A model generated the notes under the pieces. That model ran no database searches. It was not told the DNA's origin and saw nothing but the letters and a program-made list of their open reading frames with translations. 40,000 nucleotides of DNA from Xiashengella succiniciproducens (lineage in GTDB: Bacteria; Bacteroidota; Bacteroidia; Bacteroidales; Marinilabiliaceae), in contig NZ_CP098400.1 in NCBI RefSeq assembly GCF_023674465.1, positions 1,414,801 to 1,454,800 of the forward strand. Direction: 5' to 3'. Made by a program: the position numbers and the translations under genes. This document shows, piece after piece, positions 8,807-18,307 of the stretch; position 1 is the stretch's first letter, and each line of letters opens with the position of its first letter.

Positions 8807-10165
8807 ATGGAGAATGATTCTATTTCGATGAAAATCATCAACCCAAAGGCTGCTGGTATTGATATTGGGAGTCGGTCACATTGGGTTGCCATTGGTCAGG
8901 AAGATAAAGATGTTCGAGAATTTGGAGTTTTTAATGAAGATCTTTATGATTTAGCCCAATGGTTAACTGAAAACCAAATCCGGACAATTGCCATGGAGAG
9001 TACAGGCACATACTGGCAAAACCTTTATGCAGTGCTCATGGCCCAGGGATTTGAAGTAATCCTCTGCAATGGAAAATTTACTAAAAACATCAAAGGAAAA
9101 AAGACCGACATCAAAGATTGTCAATGGATTCAAAGACTTCATTCCTTGGGTTTATTGAGCAGCAGTTTTTTACCAGATGTTCAAACCGAGCAACTTCGTA
9201 CCTATTGTAGACACAGGGCGAATTTACTTCACATGGTAGCATCAACCTCAAAGAAAATGCAAAAGTACCTTCGGCTTCTAAATTTAAGATTAGATGTTGT
9301 TGTAAAAGATATTTGCGGACTTACTGGTCTAAAAATCATCCGAAGCATTTGCCAAGGTGAAACAAATCCCCGCAAACTGGCAGAGCTTCGACATTTCAAC
9401 TGCAGACGTTCTGAAGATGAAATCGCCCGAGCTCTTCAATCCAATGGACGACAAGATTACCTGTTTGCCCTTAAACAAGAGCTTGAGACATACGACCATC
9501 TACAATTAAAGATCTCCCAATGCGACATCGAAATTGAACAGCTCCTGAATCAAATCATAGAAAATGATGACAATAAGAAGCAGCACTGTATAGATCCTAA
9601 ATCATATAAGCGCATCAACAAAAACACGCCTAAAAATATCGATTTAAACCTGAAGGCATATCAACTCCTTGAAGGAATCGATCTGCTTGCTATAGAAGGA
9701 ATGAGTTATGGCACTGTTTTAGCTCTTATCAGTGAAGTTGGACTGGAAGGTATTAAACGATTCCCTTCAGCCAAACATTTTGCCAGCTGGCTTAGATTGG
9801 CTCCAAACAACAAGATTAGCGGCGGAAAGGTGCTCTCAAGCAAAGTGCCAAAAGGCAGCAATCGATTGAAAATAGCATTGAGAAATGCAGCAAATGCCAT
9901 TGGTAATCTGAAGGACTCTACCCCATTGAGGGATTTCTTTCATCGGGTTAACTTCAGAAAAGGCAGAACTTCTGCCATCAGTGCTACTGCCCGGAAACTA
10001 GCAGTCATTATTTGGAATATGGTGGTCAATAACACCCAATACATCAACCCTGAAGGGTATCTCTTTCTTGACCAAAAAAGAAAGCTCGGATTAACCAAAA
10101 GAATCAAAAAACAAATAGATAAATTTGGACTAAACCCTGAAGATCTTGGATTTTCAATTACCTGA
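8807..10165 (+). CDS. IS110-family (DEDD/RuvC-like) transposase
   Basis: 452-aa ORF. The N-terminus (AAGIDIGSRSHWVAIG, AMESTGTYW) matches the DEDD_Tnp_IS110 pattern. The C-terminal domain (SWLRLAPNNKISGGK) is typical of the family. The true start may be the Met at 8828. Confidence 0.85.
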   Translation: MENDSISMKIINPKAAGIDIGSRSHWVAIGQEDKDVREFGVFNEDLYDLAQWLTENQIRTIAMESTGTYWQNLYAVLMAQGFEVILCNGKFTKNIKGKKTDIKDCQWIQRLHSLGLLSSSFLPDVQTEQLRTYCRHRANLLHMVASTSKKMQKYLRLLNLRLDVVVKDICGLTGLKIIRSICQGETNPRKLAELRHFNCRRSEDEIARALQSNGRQDYLFALKQELETYDHLQLKISQCDIEIEQLLNQIIENDDNKKQHCIDPKSYKRINKNTPKNIDLNLKAYQLLEGIDLLAIEGMSYGTVLALISEVGLEGIKRFPSAKHFASWLRLAPNNKISGGKVLSSKVPKGSNRLKIALRNAANAIGNLKDSTPLRDFFHRVNFRKGRTSAISATARKLAVIIWNMVVNNTQYINPEGYLFLDQKRKLGLTKRIKKQIDKFGLNPEDLGFSIT

Positions 10166-10212
10166 TTTTCAATGACAAAATTTTACGTTAGTCAGAATTA
10201 AAAGGAAGAAAT

Positions 10213-12197
10213 ATGAGAAAATTAAAAATTGAATTTGAATATTGTTATGGCATTAAAAAATTAAAACACGAATTTATTTTTCAAAATAGAACATTTGCCA
10301 TATATGCACCAAATGGTGTAATGAAAACATCTTTTTCAAATGTTTTTAGAGATTTTTCTAAAAATGAACCATCAAAAGATTTAGCATTCCCTTCCCGTGA
10401 AACAAAAAGAACTATTACTGCTGATGTAGATATCGATTCCGAAAATGTATTCATAATTGAGCCTTATGTTGAAAACTATCAGTCAGAAAAAATATCAACT
10501 CTTCTAGCTAATAAAGAATTAAAAAAGGAATATGAAGAAATTCATAAAGAAATAGATAAATCAAAAAATGAATTAATAAAAAAACTGAAACAATTATCTG
10601 GTTTGACTGGAAGAAAGGATAACATTGAAAATGAAGTTTTGAGAATTTTTGGCGAATCTTTTTTTGATTTTTTATTAAACAATGAAGATTTTATTAAAAA
10701 CACCGAAGTGCTGCCATTCCACGATATACAGTATCAAATTATTTTTAATGATAAAGTTATAAGATTTCTTGAAACGAAAGATTTCAAAAAATCAATTAAG
10801 GATTACATAGAAAAATACAATGAACTTATTAATAATTCCCCTTATTTAAAAAGAGAATTCAATTATTATCACGCTGAAAATGTGCAAAAACAACTAGCGT
10901 CAAATAATTTCTTTAAAGTTGGTCATTCAGTTAATTTATTTGATGGGCAAAATAAAACTGAATACAATAATGAAGATGATTTAAAGAGCATTTTTGAAGA
11001 AGAAAAAAAGAAAGTTTTAGAAAATGATGAATTACAAGATAAGTTTAATGAAATTAATAGTAAACTTACAAATAATGAATTAAGGAATTTTCGTGATTAT
11101 TTATTAGATAATCGTGATATACTTCCAGAATTGGTTGATTTAAATTCATTCAAACAAAAAATATGGCTTTCCTATTTTGTAAATCAAAAGGATTTAACAA
11201 TTGAATTAATCTCAAAGTATAAAGCCGGTCAAACAAAAATCAAAGAACTTGTTGAAAAAGCTATTCAAGAAAAGACAGAATGGGAAGAAGTGATTAGAAT
11301 ATTTAATACTCGTTTTTCACATTTACCTTTTTATTTAAAAATTAAAAATAAAGATGATGTTATTTTAAAAGGTGATATTCCAAGTGTGGAGTTTGTTTTT
11401 AAAGACGGAGAAGATGAAAAAATTTTTAATGATAGAAACGATTTATTACGAGTATTAAGCACTGGCGAAAAAAGAGCATTATATATTTTAAATGTAATTT
11501 TTGAAGTTGAAGCAAGAAAAAAAGAAGACGGTTTTACATTGTTTATCATTGATGACATTGCCGATAGTTTTGATTATAAAAATAAATATGCCATAATTGA
11601 ATATCTGAAATATATGTCAGATATTGAAAAATTTTTTATGATTATTCTTTCTCATAATTTTGATTTTTATAGAACTATTCAAAGCCGTGCTATTGTTCCA
11701 TACAATCAATGTCTAATAGCATTAAAGAATAATAACGGCATTCATTTAGAGCAAATAAGTTACTTAAAAAATCCTTTTATTAGGGACTGGAAAAATCATT
11801 TAAATGACAACAAAAAACTAATTGCATCAATTCCTTTTGTAAGAAATATTATTGAATATACCCAGTCGGAAGAAAATGAAGATTATTTGCTTCTAACATC
11901 AATTTTACATTTCAAAGGAAATACAAATGATATAACATTATCTAACGTAAAAGATATTTTTGAAAAATATATTCAAAATATTCAATTCCCATCAGATAAT
12001 CTTGAAAATAAAGTTATTGATTTAATTTATGAAACTGCGGAACAGTGTTTAAATGCAGAAGAAGGTATTAATCTGGAAAATAAAATTGTTTTATCAATTG
12101 CAATTAGATTAAAAGCAGAAGAATTTATGAAATCCAAAATAACTGATATAGATTTTTTAAGAGATTTGGAAAGTCAAAAAAATCAAATGTGGCATAT
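10213..12197 (+). pseudogene. PrrC/RloC-like (AAA_13-type) ABC ATPase gene, 5' part, cut by an IS4-family insertion
   Basis: It has a Walker-A-like YAPNGVMKTS, an ABC signature LSTGEKRAL, a Walker B LFIIDDIADSFD and an H-loop ILSHNF. The annotated 672-aa ORF ends in IS-derived codons. The native frame resumes at 13524 and again at 15092. Confidence 0.75.
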
Positions 12198-13514
12198 CAC
12201 TAGTGTCCCATTAAAATTGGGACGGTATTAAAAATTAAACAAATTTGGCTCACTAAGCCTAAAACGTTCTTTATCATTTTGAAATTTAGTTCTCTCAAAT
12301 AGGTCTCGAAGATGAGTTTTATCTGTTAAAGAAATACTCAGTATCTGCAAAACCTCATATGTACTTCTGTCAAGTTGCATGTCTTTTTGGACGATTGCCA
12401 CCAAGCAATAAGTGCACATCGCGGCGTAGATTTGAATTCGAACAGCATTTTCAGTAGTTCCCCAGAATTTCTTGACTTTTAGATGTTGCTTTAGCCACTT
12501 GAAGAAAAGCTCGACTTGCCAGCGGTTCTTGTAAAGGTCAGCAACTTGAAGTGCAGAAATGTGCATCGCATTGGTTAAGAATACAAGCTCACGCTTTTGT
12601 TCTTCATCCCAATATCTGACCAATCTAAGATGTTCTGGATAGTATTGTTTAGGATAAAAACCTGTCAATTCAATTGTTACGTCTGAAAGTACGTTCTTGG
12701 GCAATCTTCGTTTCCATTTTATCATCTTGCATTGTAGATTCTTTTTGGCTCTTAAAACATAGAAAGCTCCTATCTGATGAATCTTAAACAACATTTTGAA
12801 GTGATTATATGCACGGTCAAATATGTAATATGAGCCTGATTCATAAGGGATTTCTTTCATTGCAGTAGAGTCGTGAACAGAAGCTTCCGTGATATGGAAA
12901 AATGCTGGTATCTGTGTCTCCACATCATATAATGTATGCACTTTGATTCCGCCTTTTTTCTTACGAAACTTCGCCCACCAGAATACGGAAAGGCACAAGT
13001 CAATCGTCGTTGAATCAAAAGCATAGACATTGCCTTCAATTTTGAAGATGTCAGCAACTCGTTTCTGTCTGGCTTCGTTTACCAGATAGTAAGCATACTC
13101 TTCAAAGATGTGATAGTCTCTGTCTTGATTGGCTCTGGCCAGAGATGATTTTGATATATTCTTGCCCAAGCCCAGATGATAAGATTTGGAGTGATGAGCA
13201 TCAAGTGCGACAATCAAATCTCTAAGACTTTCACGATTTGACAATTGCCCGAACATCAAAGAAAGCAATTGATTCCAACAAGTGAAATGCTTCACGTATT
13301 TGTCTCCATTGTATTTGGCAACAATACGATTGAATTTGCTTCGATTTAGAAACGAGACCAGTTGAGCGAAAACGTATTTGTCTTGATACATATGCATTCA
13401 GATTTATCTGATGCAAAACTAAAAATTCAAGTCCGTTCGCTCTAAAAACCTCTGTAATTAACTAAATTTCAAATATTTCAAAGAACTTTTTTAGATTTTA
13501 ATGGGACAGTAATG
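12198..13514 (-). mobile_element. IS4-family insertion sequence (1317 bp) with a 9-bp target duplication
   Basis: The terminal inverted repeats contain TGTCCCATTAAAAT at 12204-12217, matched by ATTTTAATGGGACA at 13495-13508. The direct repeat GTGGCATAT occurs at 12189-12197 and 13515-13523. Confidence 0.85.
12228..13397 (-). CDS. IS4-family DDE transposase
   Basis: 389-aa ORF with an N-terminal DUF4372-like region (YVFAQLVSFLNRSKFNRIV) and a DDE domain (YAFDSTTIDL, YIFDRAY, RWQVELFFKWLK). Confidence 0.85.
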   Translation of the reverse strand: MHMYQDKYVFAQLVSFLNRSKFNRIVAKYNGDKYVKHFTCWNQLLSLMFGQLSNRESLRDLIVALDAHHSKSYHLGLGKNISKSSLARANQDRDYHIFEEYAYYLVNEARQKRVADIFKIEGNVYAFDSTTIDLCLSVFWWAKFRKKKGGIKVHTLYDVETQIPAFFHITEASVHDSTAMKEIPYESGSYYIFDRAYNHFKMLFKIHQIGAFYVLRAKKNLQCKMIKWKRRLPKNVLSDVTIELTGFYPKQYYPEHLRLVRYWDEEQKRELVFLTNAMHISALQVADLYKNRWQVELFFKWLKQHLKVKKFWGTTENAVRIQIYAAMCTYCLVAIVQKDMQLDRSTYEVLQILSISLTDKTHLRDLFERTKFQNDKERFRLSEPNLFNF

Positions 13515-13596
13515 GTGGCATATATTAAAAAAATATCAAGAAGAATTTAGGATCACCAGTAAAAACCTGTGGAATTAAACTCTGTATCAAGCATTA

Positions 13597-14007
13597 TTGT
13601 ATTGTCTTTTCAACCTTGGCGTTGTAGCTTTAGTACCAACGAACAAGACCACTATGAATGCTTACATTGAATTAGCCAAGCTGATGCTCCCAGAGGAGAT
13701 CAGCAAATCGTTCAGTTTAGTGAAAGTCGAAGAGGAAAAGGTTGAGCAGGACAAACGTCTTCACCTCTATCTGGAAGAACTAAACATCCCTCCGGACCAT
13801 GTTGATGTGCTTAAGCCAAATGGTTTTTATCCTGAATCCTTAATGGGAGATTTTCCTATACGAGACAGGCAGGCAGTGCTTCACTTACGCCGACGGCGAT
13901 GGCTTGATGCTCGAGGCCAGAGCGTTTCACGAGATTGGAGCCTGATATGTAAGGGCACCCGCTACTCCAATGAGTTTGCGGCTTTTTTAAAAGAATTTGT
14001 TGGATAA
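13597..14007 (+). CDS. ISL3-family transposase, N-terminal ORF
   Basis: 136-aa ORF that overlaps the next ORF by 11 nt in a different frame. The same arrangement is present in both IS copies. Confidence 0.65.
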   Translation: MYCLFNLGVVALVPTNKTTMNAYIELAKLMLPEEISKSFSLVKVEEEKVEQDKRLHLYLEELNIPPDHVDVLKPNGFYPESLMGDFPIRDRQAVLHLRRRRWLDARGQSVSRDWSLICKGTRYSNEFAAFLKEFVG

Positions 14008-15055
14008 ACACCCCATAACAGGGCGATCTCTTGAGCGTTATTATCCTATACAGGGCGACCAATTTGAGCGGGCCTACAAAGAGCATTTAAGTGGTTTTTC
14101 TGAGTGGTCTGATGCTGAACATGCGCAATCATGGCTTCTATTTCCTGAGAATATGGGAGCCTCTCTCAGTATCGATGAAACATCACTTTCCAGAGGAGAG
14201 CTCTACACGATAATATCAAACAAGAGTGCTCGCGGGCGCAAAGGCACCATCGTTGCTATTGTTAAAGGAACGAAGATAAACGATGTTGTTAAAGTAGTAA
14301 AGACACTCCCGTTTGAAACGCGCCTGCTGGTTAAAGAGGTCACAATGGACTTTTCTGACAGCATGCATGCCATTGTAGAAAAGTGCTTTCCGGATGCCAT
14401 AATAACGCTGGATCGCTTTCATGTTCAGCAGTTATGTAATGAGGCTATGCAGGAGACCAGGCTGCAAATAAAGCGTGAGGCGCGCAAAATGGAAATTGAG
14501 AATCGAGAGCAGCACAAAATGAAGTTGCATCGGAGAATGGTCAGCAGAAAGAAAAATAAGGTTAGTAACCGTGGCAGGAAACCTAATCGCAAGAATGAAG
14601 CCTATAAACCCGAATACCTTGAAAATGGAGACACCTTATGTGAATTGGTTACACGCAGCAGATACCTTCTTATGACCTCTGCCGACAACTGGACCGAGAC
14701 TCAAAAGCTAAGAGCTGAGCTTCTATTTAAGTACTTTCCAAAACTGAGAACCGCCTATAGCCTGACACACTCCTTACGCATGATCTTTTCCAACAAGATG
14801 GCAACAAAGGAGTCGGCGGCAGAGGCACTAAAGAAGTGGTATAACAAAGTGACTGATTTTGAAAATGACGCATTCAATACGGTTTCAGCAACAATCTATC
14901 AAAGAGAAAAGGAGATCTTGAACTACTTTGTTAACCGGTCAACCAATGCATCAGCAGAATCCCTTAATGCGAAAATCAAACACTTTAGGACCCAACTTAG
15001 AGGAGTCATTGATGTTAACTTCTTTCTCTACAGGTTAACTCTAATTTATGCATGA
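13997..15055 (+). CDS. ISL3-family DDE transposase, catalytic ORF
   Basis: 352-aa ORF with SIDETSLSRGELYTII, VTMDFSDSM and ITLDRFHV, plus the C-terminal AESLNAKIKHFR segment typical of ISL3-type transposases. Confidence 0.75.
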   Translation: MLDKHPITGRSLERYYPIQGDQFERAYKEHLSGFSEWSDAEHAQSWLLFPENMGASLSIDETSLSRGELYTIISNKSARGRKGTIVAIVKGTKINDVVKVVKTLPFETRLLVKEVTMDFSDSMHAIVEKCFPDAIITLDRFHVQQLCNEAMQETRLQIKREARKMEIENREQHKMKLHRRMVSRKKNKVSNRGRKPNRKNEAYKPEYLENGDTLCELVTRSRYLLMTSADNWTETQKLRAELLFKYFPKLRTAYSLTHSLRMIFSNKMATKESAAEALKKWYNKVTDFENDAFNTVSATIYQREKEILNYFVNRSTNASAESLNAKIKHFRTQLRGVIDVNFFLYRLTLIYA

Positions 15056-15084
15056 GCTAAACACATGTTTTTGCGGGTGATCCA

Positions 15085-15249
15085 GAATTTAACAACGAAT
15101 TGGAAAATATTGAAATTTTGAAAAGGGTTAATTTAATTACACCTGAAAATATTCATATCAATTCATTTATGTATGAACCTATTTTAGATATGGGTGATTT
15201 TGAATTAAGAGATTTATATGAAGCTGTTAAAAAATTAGTTGATGAATAA
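15085..15249 (+). pseudogene. 3' terminal fragment of the PrrC/RloC-like ATPase gene
   Basis: Removing both IS elements and one copy of each target duplication joins 10213-12197, 13524-13549 and 15092-15249. The result is a single 2169-nt frame of 722 codons plus a stop, ending ...EAVKKLVDE. Confidence 0.75.
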
Positions 15250-15251
15250 AA

Positions 15252-15386
15252 GCGGCTAACAATGTGTATAAGCAATGGCGGGTAAAGTACTATAAATAAA
15301 ACGAATATGAATAAAATAAACAGCGGTGCGAATATGAAACAATGTGAGGAAAACCCCGCCACTGCTCATACACTTGACCGTTATGG
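15252..15386 (+). repeat. Integron attC site 9
   Basis: R'' GCGGCTAAC (15252-15260) is the reverse complement of GTTAGCCGC at 8552-8560. The arms AATGTGTATAAGCAATGGCGGG and CCCGCCACTGCTCATACACTTGACC pair. R' GTTATGG lies at 15380-15386. Confidence 0.85.
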
Positions 15387-15480
15387 TGCATTTTAACAGA
15401 CATATTTACAGCATTTTAGACTCAAATAAGATTGCCAATAATTATTTAAATAAAGCCTTTTACGATTAGAATAGTTTGTT

Positions 15481-15519
15481 TAAATTTGTATCCAAATGAA
15501 TACATTTTGATGAATGTAT
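15481..15519 (+). promoter_or_regulatory. Possible Bacteroidota-type -7 box plus an operator-like inverted repeat for the toxin-antitoxin cassette
   Basis: TAAATTTG (15481-15488) fits the TAnnTTTG consensus. The inverted repeat ATACATT (15500-15506) / AATGTAT (15513-15519) spans the ATG at 15514. Confidence 0.3.
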
Positions 15520-15813
15520 ATAATTGAGAAGACAGAAGAATTTGACAAATGGCTGAGAAAACTTAAAGATTTAAGAGCCAAAGCCAAAATATTGTTTCGT
15601 ATTCAAAAGATTGAGAATGATGAACACTTTGGCGACTGCAAACTTGTTGGGAATGGTATTCGGGAGTTGAAAATTGACTTTGCTAAAGGATACAGGGTAT
15701 ACTTTAAAGAATCTGACGGAAAAATCATTATCCTGCTTATTGGTGGAGATAAATCAACTCAGCAGAGAGACATTGAAAAGGCAAAAGAGATTTTAAAACG
15801 AATTAAAAAGTAA
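15514..15813 (+). CDS. Type II toxin, RelE/ParE superfamily (addiction-module killer protein, HigB-like)
   Basis: 99-aa ORF resembling the addiction-module killer family (FDKWLRKLKD, GNGIRELKIDFAKGYRVYF). It is followed 4 nt later by the antidote gene. Confidence 0.75.
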   Translation: MYIIEKTEEFDKWLRKLKDLRAKAKILFRIQKIENDEHFGDCKLVGNGIRELKIDFAKGYRVYFKESDGKIIILLIGGDKSTQQRDIEKAKEILKRIKK

Positions 15814-15817
15814 AGAG

Positions 15818-16102
15818 ATGGGAACATCAAAATTTGATATAGCTGACTATTTAGATAGTAACGAGATGATTGCTGAATATCTTAATACTGTTTTAGCAGA
15901 GGGAAACGAAGCCGATGTAATTGTAGCTATTGGACATATAGCAAAATCAATCGGCATGACCAAAATTGCTCAAGAAACTGGATTAAGTAGGACAAGTTTA
16001 TACAAAGCTTTATCGGAAGGTGCAAAACCTCAGTTTGAGACGATTATGAAAGTATTAAAAGCAATAGGCGGACAGATACAAATAAATCCCATGAATGCAT
16101 AA
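15818..16102 (+). CDS. Type II antitoxin, HigA-family addiction-module antidote protein (HTH)
   Basis: 94-aa ORF with the FDIADYL N-terminus and an HTH segment (IAQETGLSRTSLYKALS). Confidence 0.75.
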   Translation: MGTSKFDIADYLDSNEMIAEYLNTVLAEGNEADVIVAIGHIAKSIGMTKIAQETGLSRTSLYKALSEGAKPQFETIMKVLKAIGGQIQINPMNA

Positions 16103-16108
16103 AAAAAC

Positions 16109-16169
16109 GCACCATAATATATAGGAATATGAGCGGTCGGAACGACCCAGCGATTATTCTCGGTTGAAC
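16109..16169 (+). repeat. Integron attC site 10 (short, about 61 bp, atypical)
   Basis: GCACCATAAT (16109-16118) is the reverse complement of TTATGGTGC, which follows the crossover G at 15380, but it ends AAT rather than AAC. R' GTTGAAC lies at 16163-16169. That R' is supported by attC11, whose R'' AGTTCAAC is its reverse complement. The internal pairing is weak. Confidence 0.5.
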
Positions 16170-16404
16170 TACATCCCGCTAGGTCTGCAGCCTGCTTTTA
16201 TGGACTTTAAGTCGGTTTTTGATGTTTTTGGCAAGGGCACCCGTGGTACCGTCTTCCCGTTTTTAAGCATTTGAACTTAAGAAGTGACTGGTCGTAGTGG
16301 CTGAGAAGTTGAAAATCTGTTCCTTTTTGGCTGAAAACCTACCGTTAAGGCAATACGATGCCGAACCTCATGTCAATGAAGTTTTTAAGGGGGTGTTTTG
16401 TAGG

Positions 16405-17327
16405 TTACTGCAACTTCGCAAAAAGCAATGAGGGCAGATTTCCTGCGGGTGACCGTATCCTGGGTAAGGTTCTAATGACAATCAGACGACCCTCTTTGCA
16501 ATGCGGACATTTGGTTAGGTCAAATCCAGTCAGCCTTAAAATGCGCTCTGAGGCCGTTTCATCGTTTTGGTCAGCTGCCATCTGTTCAATGTCGGGCTTT
16601 TCATCGGGCACAAATTGTAAATCCAGATGAAGCTTTGTAGAGTGATGATAAATGCCGAATCGTCGAATACGCACATAACCATCGGGCATTACATGCAAAG
16701 AGAATCTACGCAGAAACTCTTCGCCGGTCAGTGATACCGGTTTCTTTTGTGCCCGGTCCCGGTAGTCTTTAGCTACGAAAGTTACGTGTATTGGATCAAC
16801 GTTCAAGATCCGCTGGTTGCTGATGGCAATGCGATGGGTGTATTGCCCCAGATACCTGATAACATGCTCGGCACCTGCCATAGAGGGCTCGCAATAGACC
16901 ACCCACTTTTTTTGATGGGCCTTCTCTAAGCAGACTTTAAAGCCATCCATTGCAGAAAGTTTTCGCAGTTCCCTTTTTATGCTGTCCAGAAATTTGCCTT
17001 TAAAGGCAGCACTCAACTGGTGCACCGGATACAGATAATTATCATATTTGCCGATATGGCGCCATTTCCCCGACAAGGAATAACCGGCTGCCGGAACAAT
17101 GCAGTGCAAATGCGGATGCAGAGAAAGGTTTTGCCCCCAGGTATGCAGCACCGCAACGGCTCCGGTTTCACAACCGTAATGTGTATAACCGAAGCTGTGC
17201 AGCACTGGAGGATGTTGTACAAAACCTTGATTTGTTTGGGGGATAGCTCACCGCTCCGCAACAAGGGTTTCACAAATTGGCGGACAATATGAGCCAATTC
17301 ATGCTTGCTTTTGCAGTGCTTTTCCAT
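16405..17327 (-). pseudogene. IS91-family (Y2/HUH-type) transposase remnant with an internal deletion or frameshift
   Basis: One ORF (17327-17013) gives the N-terminus ...SPKQIKVLYNILQCCTA. A second ORF in another frame gives the C-terminal part (AVLHTWGQNLSLHPHLHCIVPAAG...). The zinc-ribbon and first catalytic block expected between them are missing. Confidence 0.6.
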
Positions 17328-18213
17328 AAAGGGTGTCTAAAGGGCTGTGAGGGTTTATGTGCTGGCACTGAGCAACATGAAGATAAATCATCGTAGTAGA
17401 AATGTCGGCATGGCCCAATAAATCCCTTAAGGTTACGATGTTTAATCCCTGCTCCAATAAATGCGTTGCGTAGCTATGCCGTAAGGAATGAAGATTGACA
17501 CTTTTGGCAATAGAGGTCTTTTTAAGGTTCTCCCGCATTACCCAAGATAATCCTTTAACGCTGTAGCGACCGTCAGGCTCTTTGCCATTGAACAGCCAAA
17601 CATGCGGGTTCTCGGCTCTGAGATACTTCTCGAGTCCAATGGCCATAGTAGGGGACAAGGGGACTATTCGGTCTTTCTTGTATTTGCTCTGGCGAATGTG
17701 GATGACCATCCGCTCAAAGTCAATATCTGATATTTTAAGATTGATGACCTCTTGCCCTCGCAATCCGGCAGAATAAATGAGCGTAAGGATTATCCGGTGT
17801 TTAAGCAGTGCAGGTGCTGCAAACAGCATTTTCAGTTCCTGCTGGTTCAGGACAATCGGCAACTTGGTGTCCTGCTTTAATGAAGGCAGGGCAATGGCCT
17901 TTTTGTTCATGCCCAACAAACGGTAGTAATACCTAAGACCGTAAACCATGTGCTTGAAACTGCTGCGCGAAGGCGCCTTGGGATCACGTGCCAAAGCAAC
18001 CAGGTACTCATTGATCTCGTCTTCGCTAACCTGTTCGGGTAATTTTTCAAAATGGATGACAAACAGGGCAATGCGCCTGATGTAATTATTCAGGGTGCTG
18101 GCGCTTTGGCCACGAAGTACCACCTGATGCTCCAGCTTCACGGCCCTGGACTTGAATTCAGGGACAAGTACCATGGCACGCTCAACAATAGTTAAGCTTG
18201 TTTTCTTTCTCAT
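17299..18213 (-). CDS. Tyrosine recombinase (XerC/D-like), partner of the IS91-like gene; not an IntI
   Basis: 304-aa ORF with the catalytic pattern AGLRGQE, HSLRHSYATHLL and LLGHADISTTMIYLHV. It has no IntI-type extra segment between the KDR block and the HxxR block. Confidence 0.8.
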   Translation of the reverse strand: MRKKTSLTIVERAMVLVPEFKSRAVKLEHQVVLRGQSASTLNNYIRRIALFVIHFEKLPEQVSEDEINEYLVALARDPKAPSRSSFKHMVYGLRYYYRLLGMNKKAIALPSLKQDTKLPIVLNQQELKMLFAAPALLKHRIILTLIYSAGLRGQEVINLKISDIDFERMVIHIRQSKYKKDRIVPLSPTMAIGLEKYLRAENPHVWLFNGKEPDGRYSVKGLSWVMRENLKKTSIAKSVNLHSLRHSYATHLLEQGLNIVTLRDLLGHADISTTMIYLHVAQCQHINPHSPLDTLYGKALQKQA

Positions 18214-18307
18214 AACTGCATTATTTTAAAGTGAATAATACAGATATAACGGCTTGCGGCTAGAAAGATTTGTGTTATTTTTGAAAGGAGCTATTCCGTA
18301 GGGATTT

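Larger units (their letters stand above)
8559..10191 (+). mobile_element. IS110-family insertion sequence just downstream of the attC8 core (ends not resolved)
   Basis: It carries a DEDD-type transposase ORF, about 250 bp of 5' non-coding leader and only about 25 bp of 3' non-coding sequence. The region is visibly more G+C-rich than the cassettes. The 7-bp ACGTTAG occurs at 8550-8556 and again at 10185-10191. The left boundary is ambiguous (see findings). Confidence 0.6.
13550..15083 (+). mobile_element. ISL3-family insertion sequence, copy 1 (1534 bp), with an 8-bp target duplication
   Basis: The left end GGATCACCAGTAAAAACCTGTG matches the reverse complement of the right end CACATGTTTTTGCGGGTGATCC. 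The direct repeat AGAATTTA occurs at 13542-13549 and 15084-15091. Same length and same ORF products as 21978-23511. Confidence 0.85.

Noticed and set aside
13856-14422. Minus-strand ORFs inside both ISL3 copies (13856-14086, 14203-14400, 14216-14422, and their twins at 22284-22850).
   Set aside because: They are antisense to the transposase ORFs, and they are duplicated only because the IS is duplicated.
16358-17292. Plus-strand ORFs (16358-16630, 16747-16929, 17020-17292) within the IS91-like region.
   Set aside because: They are antisense to clearly homologous IS91-family transposase fragments and have no recognisable motifs.
17299-18213. Tyrosine recombinase considered as the integron integrase of the array; the recombinase at 31706-33796 was considered likewise.
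   Set aside because: Both lack the extra segment that distinguishes IntI from XerC/D-like recombinases. Both sit inside G+C-rich insertions in the middle of the array rather than upstream of the first cassette next to an attI.
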